From: Balanoglossus misakiensis
Taxonomy: Eukaryota > Animalia > Hemichordata
Direction of reading: 5' to 3'
Length of the DNA: 64,000 nt
Assembly: GCA_040954595.2 (NCBI GenBank)
Contig: CM082587.2
Span: 1,951,000 to 2,014,999 of the forward strand
Both the position numbers and the translations under genes were made by a program. Positions 40,928 to 52,072 of this stretch are shown in pieces. Position 1 is the stretch's first letter. Every line of letters starts with the position of its first letter. Below the pieces are notes generated by a model that had not been told where the DNA came from, did no database searches, and worked only from the letters and a program-made list of their open reading frames with translations.

Positions 40928-40983
40928 CCGGAAGTTACCAACCAACGCGCATGCCAAACAGGAAGTTGAATTGCGCCCTCACA
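40928..40983. promoter_or_regulatory. Probable SUCO proximal promoter with ETS (GABP/ELK-like) sites
   Basis: CCGGAAGT at 40928-40935 and CAGGAAGT at 40959-40966, about 120-155 bp upstream of the SUCO ATG (40810), in a locally CpG-richer stretch. Confidence 0.5.
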
Positions 40984-41438
40984 CACGAGCAGCATATGTA
41001 CGCAGTTCAGGATAAATCGTGCCAGGACATACAGAAAAGTCCGAAGACTTATTTCCACTGTTGTCCAATGTAACAATGAATCTATATAAATTAAACTTAG
41101 CTATCAATCCATTTATTTATATTTTTCAAAATACCCTAGCCCGCGTTTCAATACATCATCCCAACCCCTCGATCTTTGTCTCCCTGGGTTATGGCGTCAG
41201 CTTTGGACGTACCAGGGCAGACTAAAAGTATGCACACAGACGGACTTATAGGTCTGGCCAGAAGACCATGTAAACTGAATAATGCGGCACACGGCATGTT
41301 ATACGGATTATGACACCACACTAAACTTCTCCGTACTCCTATCGATATTCCCATCATTCTAAAGACTGCCACCTACAGGTCAGCAGCGCGGCTAATCCGC
41401 CATTGTGTTTCGTTGCTGCTGCTTAATTTGCAGGTCGC

Positions 41439-41452
41439 GTTTCTATGGCGAC
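41439..41452 (+). promoter_or_regulatory. RFX X-box-like motif
   Basis: GTTTCTATGGCGAC fits the X-box pattern GTYNCY-AT-RGNRAC; it lies upstream of the coiled-coil ORF. Confidence 0.5.
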
Positions 41453-42295
41453 AGCAAAGCTGTCCGCATTCATCATCGATCGATGTTATTGATCTTTTAG
41501 CGGGAAACAGTTATGTTTCCTCAAAGAGTGGGTAAAATTACTATGAGCTGAGAAGTGGCATACCCAACAGGTTGTTGCAACAATCACTTTTTCGGAAAGT
41601 TGTGGTCAAAATAATCAACTTTCAGTTGATTTGCTGTCATAGTCATTGGTGCTGAAGTTTTGACGACATATCGATGAACAAACGGGTCGTCATCTAATTT
41701 TGCTTTCTTTCCATCCACCCCTCTCCACCAAAATTGCAAATGGAATCACCTTATGGAAGAACAGGACGTCATAGAGACTAAAAACATAAGGTTGGCAGGA
41801 GTCAAAATGGTCGCCTTGTGGTTCGAATAGAATGGAAAAGTGACGGACCAGCCACAAAACACGTAAGTAAAATGCCAATATGTTACAAGAAGAGTTTATA
41901 TAAAATCACAAAGGGGTCAATTAATTTTTTACATCAATGTTTCAGAGTCAATCGGATATGAGGTAACTTTCCATTACTTAGCTCATATAGCCTAACTGGC
42001 CATAGATTTATTGAGTCTCTGGTTTGAGTTGTGTTTATTCTATATTTGCAGACGGGTCGTCAGGACAACCAAGGATTTAGGTGGTAGATGATTTTGTTTG
42101 CTATTTGCTGGGACGGCGCAAGATATTCCAAAAGTTGTGTTTTTTTTTTTGCGAGGATCTCATTGCTGTTCACACTACTTGGACAGAACTTGAGAATTTG
42201 CTGTCTTCAGACTTAATTGGATAATACTCGTTTCTAAGTCGATACCCACTAAAAACAGCCACCGGAATTAGACGTCATCGGTAACAAAATTGGCC

Positions 42296-43591
42296 ATGGC
42301 ACCGACACAAAACGCGATGAAACCAATTTGGACAGGGGACACTCCGCCAGCAAACATTCAAGAAGTATGGGATTATATCGATTTCCAGCTGCGAATGCTG
42401 AAAAACAAGTTGATGACAAAGATCGAGAAAATCTTCTACGGCAGCATTGATCCGATACAGTATCTCATCCACGTCGAAGAAGTTTTTAAACACAAACACC
42501 GGACGAAACGGATAAAGCAAGAAATACCCAAACTGGCATCCATCAATGATGTCGAAACTTTGTGCCGGGTTACGGTGGCGGACGGCAAACGCCCAGGACT
42601 TGGTGTGAGAGACGCCGGGTTCAGCAAAGATCTGAGAACATATGCTGATAGTTTTAAGAAGACGTTGAAACAGCTGGACGAACTGTACGATGATGTTCAC
42701 GATTTATTCACTATGTTACACACCTACTGCCGAAATTATCAGTCACTCGAAGGTGAATTCGACTTGAAGTGGGCAAGGGAGACAAATATCGAACTGAAAA
42801 ACAATCTCAAGGGTATATCGGAACTTCTAAGTTCGGCCAAGAATGGGATAACTGTAAGGCTCTACAGCTCTGAGAAGTTTTCGCTTGAAGTCGCGGAAAC
42901 GTGCGACTGTCGGCGCTATCCAATCCTGAGGCTCTTCCCGGATATTTTCCAGAAGTTCCACGTGTGTCTGCAAATGATTGGCAAGTGGCGAGCGTACGAC
43001 CAAATCTATCTTGAAGACGTCCAGTTCAAGTTAATCCGCATAAAGCGGCTTCTACGACTGAAACAGGAAGAGTACACCAACTTGGAGCTTGAGCACGGCA
43101 ACATCTTGGGCAATATCGTCGAGAAGCGAGTCCGAGTGAAACTGAAAGAAGTGCACGAGCGGATCAAGTTGATCGACAACGAAATTTCGCGACTTCACGC
43201 GAGAAAGAAATCAATGATGGGGGAGAAGGGAGAAACGGAGCAAATGATTCTCGACAAGAAGAGACTCGTCTACTTTGATCGAGAAACAAGAGACAACAAA
43301 CGTGACGTGGAAGTTCTGTCGAAGAAGATGAAATCTCTGGCGAAGGGAGTGAAGTTGAACGAGAAAGAAGTTGGCGTAAAGCAGGAAGAGAAGAGAGAAT
43401 TCGAATCTGAACTTGACCGACTTCGACACATGGTGTCACGGTCGAATCAGCTGGCATTTGAGCGGACCGAGCTCGTTAAAGAAATGGACATACTGTCCGA
43501 GAAAGTACAGGAACTGGAAAGCATCATGCTGAGAAAAACAGACCGGAACAAACTTTCTGAAGCCTATGATAAATCTCAAGCCAAAATCTAG
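42296..43591 (+). CDS. Uncharacterised intronless ~431-aa coiled-coil protein
   Basis: 1296-nt ORF from ATG 42296, K/E/L-rich heptad-like C-terminal half; a likely 5'UTR intron (donor ~41963, acceptor ttgcag ~42051). Confidence 0.75.
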   Translation: MAPTQNAMKPIWTGDTPPANIQEVWDYIDFQLRMLKNKLMTKIEKIFYGSIDPIQYLIHVEEVFKHKHRTKRIKQEIPKLASINDVETLCRVTVADGKRPGLGVRDAGFSKDLRTYADSFKKTLKQLDELYDDVHDLFTMLHTYCRNYQSLEGEFDLKWARETNIELKNNLKGISELLSSAKNGITVRLYSSEKFSLEVAETCDCRRYPILRLFPDIFQKFHVCLQMIGKWRAYDQIYLEDVQFKLIRIKRLLRLKQEEYTNLELEHGNILGNIVEKRVRVKLKEVHERIKLIDNEISRLHARKKSMMGEKGETEQMILDKKRLVYFDRETRDNKRDVEVLSKKMKSLAKGVKLNEKEVGVKQEEKREFESELDRLRHMVSRSNQLAFERTELVKEMDILSEKVQELESIMLRKTDRNKLSEAYDKSQAKI

Positions 43592-43948
43592 AGTTTATCA
43601 AAATTACTTCTGGCCTGCAGTCTCGAGTCTGAGAAGTTTCATTAGTGTCTTCGTCTTGAGATGAAGTTCGTCGATAATAAGAACAGACTTCGCGTCTTAA
43701 TAAAGTTTCAACCTTCATTGTACATGTACATCACAAAGAATCAAGACATTTTCGTTTCTTCATGTGTGCTGATTCAGTATAATTAGTAAACTTAGGCTAC
43801 TATATATGAACGACGTTGTTACAAATCGAAACTTTCATGACTTCAAATTCATATTTAGAAGTATTGTATGTCGTATATTTCATCACTATTTTCCGTAAGT
43901 AAACTGTTTTCGTTGACAGTTCCCACATCTTCTCAAGTATTCGTTGTC

Positions 43949-45189
43949 TTATTCATCATAACAATAATATTTCTTCTCTGTATCCCCCATTTCTTCATAA
44001 ACGCACGTTTCCATTTCAATTAAATTTATTATGGGTTTGAACGGATTCCAGGAAAATGAACCGGTGTATATTCCAGCACATTCCTGTACCTGAAAAACAA
44101 ACAAAACCATAACGGTGACATTTTCATGAGATTTACTGTTTTACTGGCATATAGGACTAACAGCACCCATATATATATCGTCTGTGCAAGACATTCTTAC
44201 CTCACAGTCCCAAAAAGTGATGCCATTCTCAAAGTCTGTCATATCACATTCCATACAAAAGGACAATGTATTGACCCCATCACCAGTACCCTGCATTGAA
44301 GAAAAGCAAGACAACACTGAAACTACTGGTATATCACACTACATAGTCTCCTCCATTCGAGGAATAGAATGAATGAATGAATGAATGAATGAATGAATGA
44401 ATGAATGAATGAATGAATGAATGAATGAATGAATGAATGAATGAATGAATGAATGAATGAATGAATGGATGGATGGATGGATGGATGGATGGATGGATGG
44501 ATGGATGGATGGATGGATGGATGGATGGATGGATGGATGGATGGATGGATGGATGAATGAATGAATGAATGAATGAATGAATGAATGAATGAATGAATGA
44601 ATGAATGAATGAATTACCATTTCAAATCCTTGATCAGCAAAATCGATTGGTACAGCCAGTCCAGTATAGTTTCCCGTATTATCTACAGCACACAAGTTCA
44701 CATATCTACGAAGGACATTGACAACACCAGTCGTTACGTTGTCTACCTTTTCAAGCAAATCCAGTGGACATGAATGAGAGATAAAGCATTTACGGTAATA
44801 CCCTCTCCCATCCACATCAATTTCCACGGAGCACATTTCACAAAATGATTCATTTATATTTCTGTATTGACCGCCATGTCTAGGCCTTGAGGGAACGCGG
44901 GTTTGGGTGTCACCTGCCCACAGCAATAAAGCTACTGTGAAGACTTCTAAGCTCCAAAATGAATCCTGCAAGTCACAAAAGTACAGAGACTGAAATTGAA
45001 ATGTAAAATAGCACATGCCTTGTTATAGGGGCAGTATATGACCGGATTCAATAATTGCTTGACTGACACACAACAGCTAGGTTTAATAACAATCCACATA
45101 TTGTGGTGGCAAATCCTGCCTTTGAATTTATATTTATCTGATCAAATAAAAAGTTAATTCACATAGCGTATACCTCTCGCCCTTACCAT
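43949..45189 (-). CDS. Small secreted cysteine-rich orphan protein, ~193 aa
   Basis: ATG 45187-45189 directly followed by a GTAAGG donor; exons 44618-44965, 44201-44290 and 43949-44089 all phase 0 with canonical sites; begins with signal-like [23 protein letters not shown] and ends KYYCYDE-stop. Confidence 0.7.
44367..44614. repeat. Compound (GAAT)n(GGAT)n(GAAT)n microsatellite
   Basis: Directly visible; fills most of the intron 44291-44617. Confidence 0.97.
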
Positions 45190-45690
45190 TTTACAGATGA
45201 CACTCTCGGAAAACACTTAACAAATGTGTTGTTACCAGTGCCTTGTTGGAACTGCTCTCTGTCAGCACTTCTGCATAGAAAATGAAATGATCCGAAACTG
45301 AACAGAAATAGAACTGTCACTGTGTTTCACTGAAGTTATTCATGGCTTGGTTTTCATGCCCGCATTTTGTTTCTATACTGCATTTACAGATTTCTTTGTA
45401 GCAGATATTATTAACTGCTTTCATGTCGCATCAAACAGACCCTGCTATATTATATATTGAGTTGTTGGACCATACTTGCATTGACACGAATGATGAAGGC
45501 CTTGCTCCAAAGAACTGCAGGAGAATCAACATAGTTGCCATGTGGATGAGACCCCAGCTATTATACATATAACAACATGACAACAAATTCAGTTTTGTGA
45601 GATTTTTTATTCCCATCCATGTTAAATTACACATCGAGATTAAACGTCAAAGAAGCAATCTCAATAAGTATGCCACTCTATTGTCAGTGT

Positions 45691-48252
45691 CTAACTTCCT
45701 GATGGCCTGAAAGAGAACAAAGAGACAGGATTAAAATAGATGCAATACGAATATGAAAATAGCAAATAATCCTACATCTGTGTAAAATTTAGTGGCACGA
45801 TCTATGATCCATACAGTGTTCTACAATAGAAACTTATTATCATAATCATTGTATTGTCATGCAAATCAACCAATAATATCCCGGAAAACAATGGGGAGGA
45901 TAACAGTGCGATGGTTCTCACATAAGTTCTTGGAACTGAACATTTAAATGGTGACATGTGTGTATGCTTGTGTGTGTCTGCCTTCATGTGCATGATCTAA
46001 CCCATCTACACGTAGCATTCACAAAGGTACTCACTTTGCCCATTCAACATTGAGAATAAGATGATCGTATCCAAATCCTGAAACACCAGTGATAGCCCTA
46101 GCTGCATCGTCACGGCGATGGAAGTTAATAAACGCAAAACCCTGCGTGAGAGAAAATCATTACATCAGGTTAATGTCTGGGCAACTTCCTGGTTCAACAT
46201 GTTATGATATTCTACAACATGTTTCCAAAAATGTATGAATGCATCAGCTAACATCACAGTCTCGGCACAAAAGGAACTCACTGCTTACCTTTGATTGACC
46301 AGTGGCCTTGTCCTTGGCTAGGTATATCCTGGATATTGACCCAAAAGGCCTGAACAGCTCTTGTAAATCTGACTCGCGCGTATCCTCTGAGAGATTTGTC
46401 ACACGGATAGTCGCACCCTCATCTGTAAACAGAAACAGAAATACCAACTGCTGTAAAATCCCTTGTTACGTACACTGCAAGTGTATATGCCACATGGAGT
46501 TTTCATCAAACTACGGGTCAACTCTGAGTTTATGCTCACCTCGACGCGATCCCATTGTCTCTCCTCGTCGATTTGCGCCATCCCGCATACTCGGAGGTAC
46601 GTATTTACCAGTTTTGTTTTCTGTTTTGGGTGGTTCTACTCCAGGTTTGGCTGTGGACAAAAAAAGAACACAATCAATGTAGATCTTGTTTTTCTTCATA
46701 TATTTTTCCATACTCTCCATGGAAAACAATGGGTTTGGACTGAACCATTGTGTTGAAAGGGGTAAACGCAGATAACTGATTTCCATATGCATACTAACCT
46801 TTGTCCTCTTCAGCTTGTGGAGGTTCCAACGTGTCTTTGTAAGGACACTTGGTGGTCCAATGGTCACCTTTACAGACGCGGCATTGAACAATCTTTTGCT
46901 GGGCCAGTTTCTTCAGTGGATCTTCCTCAACTTGGTTCATTGAATCCTGCCATTTCATCAACAATAAAACACACATCAGTGAGACAGGTCAGAGCCTTGA
47001 CTACCCAGCATCTATCTATACTGATCGTATTTTCAATGCAGTTAATCAAGAAAACTGTTCGCTGATCGATCGCACATCACCGCCATACGTTGTTACTGGG
47101 GCTCAAGTGTACAAATGTAGAACACCAAAAATACTAGCGCTACTGGATGACAGAGTGATATTGGGACAGGGAGTTTACCTCTTTGCTTGTTGAAAACTGC
47201 ATAAACACATCATCACATATGGCCGTTGTCGCTGGATTGGGGCCGGGTTTATCATGCTCTGCAGCTCCAAATTTTGCCCATTTCTGTTAAAATAGAACAT
47301 ATCATTACGCATCATCAGAAACTAACTTCAGGTTTAGGAAACATGAATAAGGTATGCAGTACCACCACAGCTTTTCCTTCGTGAGAATTCAGTCAGATAT
47401 CATACCTTTCTGTGAGCAACAGACTTTGAAGCTTTTCTTCTTTCAATTCTGAATGTCCTCACAACCTGTAAGACAAAATATAATTGTTGGGACTGCTGGC
47501 TATTTTCCAATATTATCATAACAGCATTACTCGTATTTTCATGAAGGTTGTAGTACTAGTAATCTGGTGTTTCAAGGAGTAGGTTGGAATGCAACGAGTC
47601 CCTTTGTACTGAAAGTTATAGTGAGCTGCCAATAATGACAGGTTTCTCTATTACTTCCACAGCTTAGCAGACATACTGAACCTACTTTGACTTTCTTTCC
47701 ATCGTCATTAAATCTGTACTCAGTGACGATCTTCAAGTCTCCCTCCTGTACTTCTGTAGTTGGTGGAAGGCTATCTGTGGAGGACAATAAAAAGTCTTAT
47801 TTTGGTAGAATGCTACCAGAATACAGCCTTACAGGATGGTGTGATGGGCCAACAGTACGGTGGAACAGTAGAGCGCCCCCACTGCTTGGAGTGGAGTGCA
47901 AGTGTAAATCCACAGGTAAATCTACATTTGTACTTCATCATCTACATGATGTCAGATAATGGTACAGCACAATCGACATGGCCCGAAATCATGTACATAA
48001 CATGCTCACTGTCTCAGAGAAACTGTACACACTATCACATAAGTACACAGTCATTCATTTCATTGGCACACTGGCAGATGTACTCCACTTACCATCCTCT
48101 CCTTCTTCCACCTGATCGGCCCAACTTGGCTTGACTCTGTAAAGAAAAGCAAGCCGGTCATTACACACTTTTCATGACGACATCACAGTGACCTAAAGCG
48201 TCGATATATGTGTCAGAAAACGTCACACTTACTCTGAATCCGCGGTCGGCAT
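45691..48252 (-). CDS. EIF3G: Eukaryotic translation initiation factor 3 subunit G, ~277 aa
   Basis: Exons 48233-48252, 48093-48136 ([10 protein letters not shown]), 47686-47774, 47406-47465, 47179-47283, 46799-46946 ([15 protein letters not shown] zinc knuckle), 46540-46650 ([11 protein letters not shown]), 46289-46422 and 46035-46141 ([23 protein letters not shown]), 45691-45706. Confidence 0.97.
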
Positions 48253-48544
48253 TTTCACCTTCGTCTTTGACGGCTTTTCAAAATGGCGCAATCAAGACCC
48301 TTTAACTTACTATATTATCGTAATTTAATGCCAAAAGTTTTCCTCCGTTATGAGCTCCCAAGATAAATATCACGACACATCATCTACTTCATGGGTTTCT
48401 TTATTAAGAAATTTGCACTTGGCATCGGTGATGATTTGTTTCAAAAATGTATTCCAGTTAACTTTGTACATTTTGCCAAAATATGGTGCATGCTTATTCA
48501 GAAAGTTAAGCGGTTTTATTGAATTGTGGGTAATATATTTCGAC
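48253..48544. promoter_or_regulatory. Compact bidirectional promoter, EIF3G/SPOUT1
   Basis: Head-to-head ATGs only ~290 bp apart; YY1-like AAAATGGCG at 48280-48288. Confidence 0.65.
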
Positions 48545-51500
48545 ATGGAAAACAACGTGTCCACATCGAAATCGCAGGAAGTGCCGAGAAAGCCAGACGC
48601 AGGAGCACCGGTGGGTTTCCATATGTTTGGGTATCATATCGTTAAATTGCAACACAATACAGAAAAGTCATGGATTCTTTTGTCTATGTTCCATTGCTGT
48701 ACAATCTGGCTCGTACGCTGCCCGGACGTACTGTGGGTCACAGGTCAAAATAAACAACAGAGGGCGCAATGCACATTGACACTAGACCGAAGAGACAGTA
48801 ACCATGGTTACTAGTAACCGTGTAGTAACTTATTACTTCAATTAAAAACTTTACTGTGGTTTTTATTTTTATTTCCGGTTCTTTAGAGTTCCGAATGGAA
48901 GGCATGGAAGCAGGAAGGCAAGTGAAATAATTCCATTTTAATCCGTGATCTTTTCCCAAGAATTGGTAATCATCATCATCATCAGCATCGATTTCAGAGA
49001 TTTCTAGAGAGATTACTGATCAGTCTAGCTGTAACCTCATAGATATATGCCACAATTTTATAAAGTTGATATTTGTTCATAGAGAGTTCCTCATGACATT
49101 TCATGTGAATCATTTACATATATTGTCTCTCTCATGAGAGCAGTGAAGAAACGAAGGAGTGATCACACAGAGGCGATTCTTGAAAAGAAAAAGAAAAAGG
49201 AATCCAAAGCTAAAATTGTTGCAGAAGAAGCCAAGAAAGAGGAAGAAACAGAAGAAGAATTAAAAGCAAAGTTTGGTAAGGTGTACATGATAAATAAGGG
49301 TCGGATTTCTGCAATCACATCACCGATTTAGCTTTTACTGAAAGTGCTGTACAGGAATAATGTAAAAGAAGGGGTTTATGTTAATGAGCCTCTAAAAAGT
49401 CTCTGTTATTTGATACAGGTCGTCAGTGGACTTCAAGCATAGCACTGCCGGGTTCAATACTAGACAATGCACAATCTCCGGAACTCAGAACATATCTCGC
49501 TGGGCAGGTAAGTTTTAGTGGTAATAGCTGATTGGTTTGAGATTTGACCCCAATTCAACTCTGCACATGGAGATGTACCTTACCATACATGATTTCTGTT
49601 TCTCAAATTGCAGATTGCCCGTGCTTGTGTTATTTTCAACGTTGATGAAATTATTATCTTTGATGAGGGTGGATCAACAAAGCAGTAAGTCTTCATACAA
49701 CATTGATGAGTTTTTAAAAGAAAGTCAACATTTCTATGAAGCCGATCAACCCAAATATTCTTTGTATATCATGTACGGCTTGTTAGAATTTGAAATTAAT
49801 AAACATCACTTGATTTCAGGAGTACAGAAGGTGTTTTTGAGGGAATTGGTAAAAAAGGAAATGCAAACGTCCAACTTGCCAGAATACTGCAGTACTTGGA
49901 GTGTCCACAGTAAGTTAAAAATCTTCAGTTCACTGAAATGTCTGGTCTAGGACAGACACCCCCTGACCCACTACTGGTCATTGGTAGATATACCAGGGGT
50001 ACCATACGACCAAGCTTTCTGTTGATAGTAGTAAAGTATGCATTTTTCTCTGCACTTAGATTGGGCTACTGATATATTTTCCTCGTACTTTCAAACCAGT
50101 ATGGGCCAAAGATTCTCTTTGTTATAGTAGCATTTTTTGTTGTCTTCCCAAACTTTTTAATAAACTTCCTGTATTCTTTCCCCCTCATCAGATACTTGAG
50201 AAAAAGCTTTTTCCCCAAACATTCTGATTTACAGTATGCAGGTGAGTGTGAATCGTTTTAGTGAAAATGAATGAGCAGTAATGGATACTGATGTATGTAG
50301 TTGGATAACAGCATCACACATTGGACAGTACATATGGAGCCCTTATCCAGTTGATTCAACTGGGGAGTCCTGTGTTCATGCTGTACATTTGTTCCCTGTA
50401 GGAGTACTGAATCCTATAGACTGTCCGCATCACATGAGAATGGATGATGACTCTGAATTTCGGGAAGGAGTAGTCTTGAACAGACCTGCCAAGGAAGGAA
50501 AAGGTTCCTTTGTAAATGCCGGAATGAGGAAGGTATGAATGATGAATATTCCCAGTTGAGTTGGCTCGATCTTTACATTTACTGGTTCTTTGCTTTTCTG
50601 CTCCTGGATGTCTGCCTCTGGAAATGAGAACCTGCACCATAGAAAATCTTGTTTTAAATCTCAATCAAAATATTTTTAATCTGATTTTTAGGAAGTGAGA
50701 ATTGACAGACACTTGAAAGCTGGGATCAGAGTAACAGTGAAATTGGACAATAAAGGACAACAGACAGGAAGTGGTAAGAATTTATGGAATTATTATACAT
50801 GGAAGTAAAAGTTTTTGACCAACACTCAGGTGAATTCCATGTTGAAGTTTCGAGATGTTTTCTGCATGGAAAAAGAGGCAGTGAAAATTGATTTTATTTC
50901 ATTTTCTATGGTAATTATTTTCCAGACAAGAAGTTTCACACAGGCAAGGTAGTTGGACCATCAGCGCCGCGTACAGACAGAGGTTTGTACTGGGGTTATA
51001 CAGTGAGATTAGCACCCACCCTTGGGACTGTCTTTACACAATGCCCATATAAAGGCGGATATGATTTGACTATAGGAACATCTGACAGAGGTGAAAATGC
51101 TGATGAAGTTTCTCTGCCAAAATTCAGGTGAGGCGTTAATGTCTGGCTCTGTCTGTAATTTTTTGGTGATCACACAGTTGACATTACTGATTGCGAGGGA
51201 CAATAGTATACGTCTGTTGCCCAGGAATAAAGGTATCAATCATGTCCTTTGAAGTCGCATAATTGATTTCCTTTAATCTGTTTTCTCCACTCCAGTCATC
51301 TGCTAGTTGTGTTTGGTGGCCTGAAAGGATTGGAATACAGTCTTGACTGTGACGAAAGATTAAAGGTTACAGAAGTGGAACATCTGTTTGACATGTATTT
51401 GAATACTTGCTGTGGGCAGGGAAGCCGAACCATCAGAACAGAGGTATGGTGTTTATGAAAGCCAGAGAATTCCAATAGCTTTACAGATCTGCACAATGAA

Positions 51501-51658
51501 ACATGGACAAAATCTTTAAAATCATTGCAAACAACTTTCAAACATAATTTCCTTAGATACTTACTTGAATAACTTTATTCTTTTTTACATTTCAGGAAGC
51601 TATCTTGATCACTATGGCAACAATCAGACCCAAGATCAAGCAAACCCTTCAGTCATGA
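48545..51658 (+). CDS. SPOUT1: SPOUT-family methyltransferase SPOUT1 (C9orf114/CENP-32)
   Basis: Exons 48545-48610, 48887-48917 (SEWKAWKQE; GC donor), 49144-49275, 49419-49507 (SIALPGSILDNAQSPELRTYLAGQ), 49614-49684, 49820-49909 (LQYLECPQ), 50192-50241, 50402-50532, 50692-50773, 50926-51127, 51296-51443 (QGSRTIRTE), 51596-51658. The first exon is less certain. Confidence 0.93.
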
Positions 51659-52072
51659 CATCTGCAATTGAATCGCTTTAATGCAGTTGTAATACATGTA
51701 ATTTATTTTACCTTCTGATGTTTTAATACACAATAAATTCTTTTTATGAAAATCAATTTGTTGTGGGTTTTTGTTGTGCAAATAGGCATGTGTGTAATGA
51801 TAATGTACATGTTATGAAATGTACAGCAGACGACAGTATAGCGCCCCCACACGCAGAGATGTCTAATGTCTCTTTCAGTCTGATACATATGGAAAACAGA
51901 CCTTCGTTTCCATTTTTAGGTTATTATTGTTATCGTAGGCTAATTGTGTCGTACTGGTATCAACTGCAATTTATTTAAACCACATGCAAAGTTAAGGAAA
52001 ATCCCTGTGTCATGTGTTTTAATCTTCTGTACATAAATTACAAGCAAGTTAAAGGGTCTTTATCATATGAAA

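Noticed and set aside
44339-45016. 225-aa ORF with IHSF/IHPS repeats
   Set aside because: The repeat part is translation of an intronic microsatellite; only 44618-44965 is a plausible exon.
46947-47178. Possible C/D-box snoRNA in an EIF3G intron
   Set aside because: Only partial box-like words; no convincing C box, terminal stem or guide recognised.
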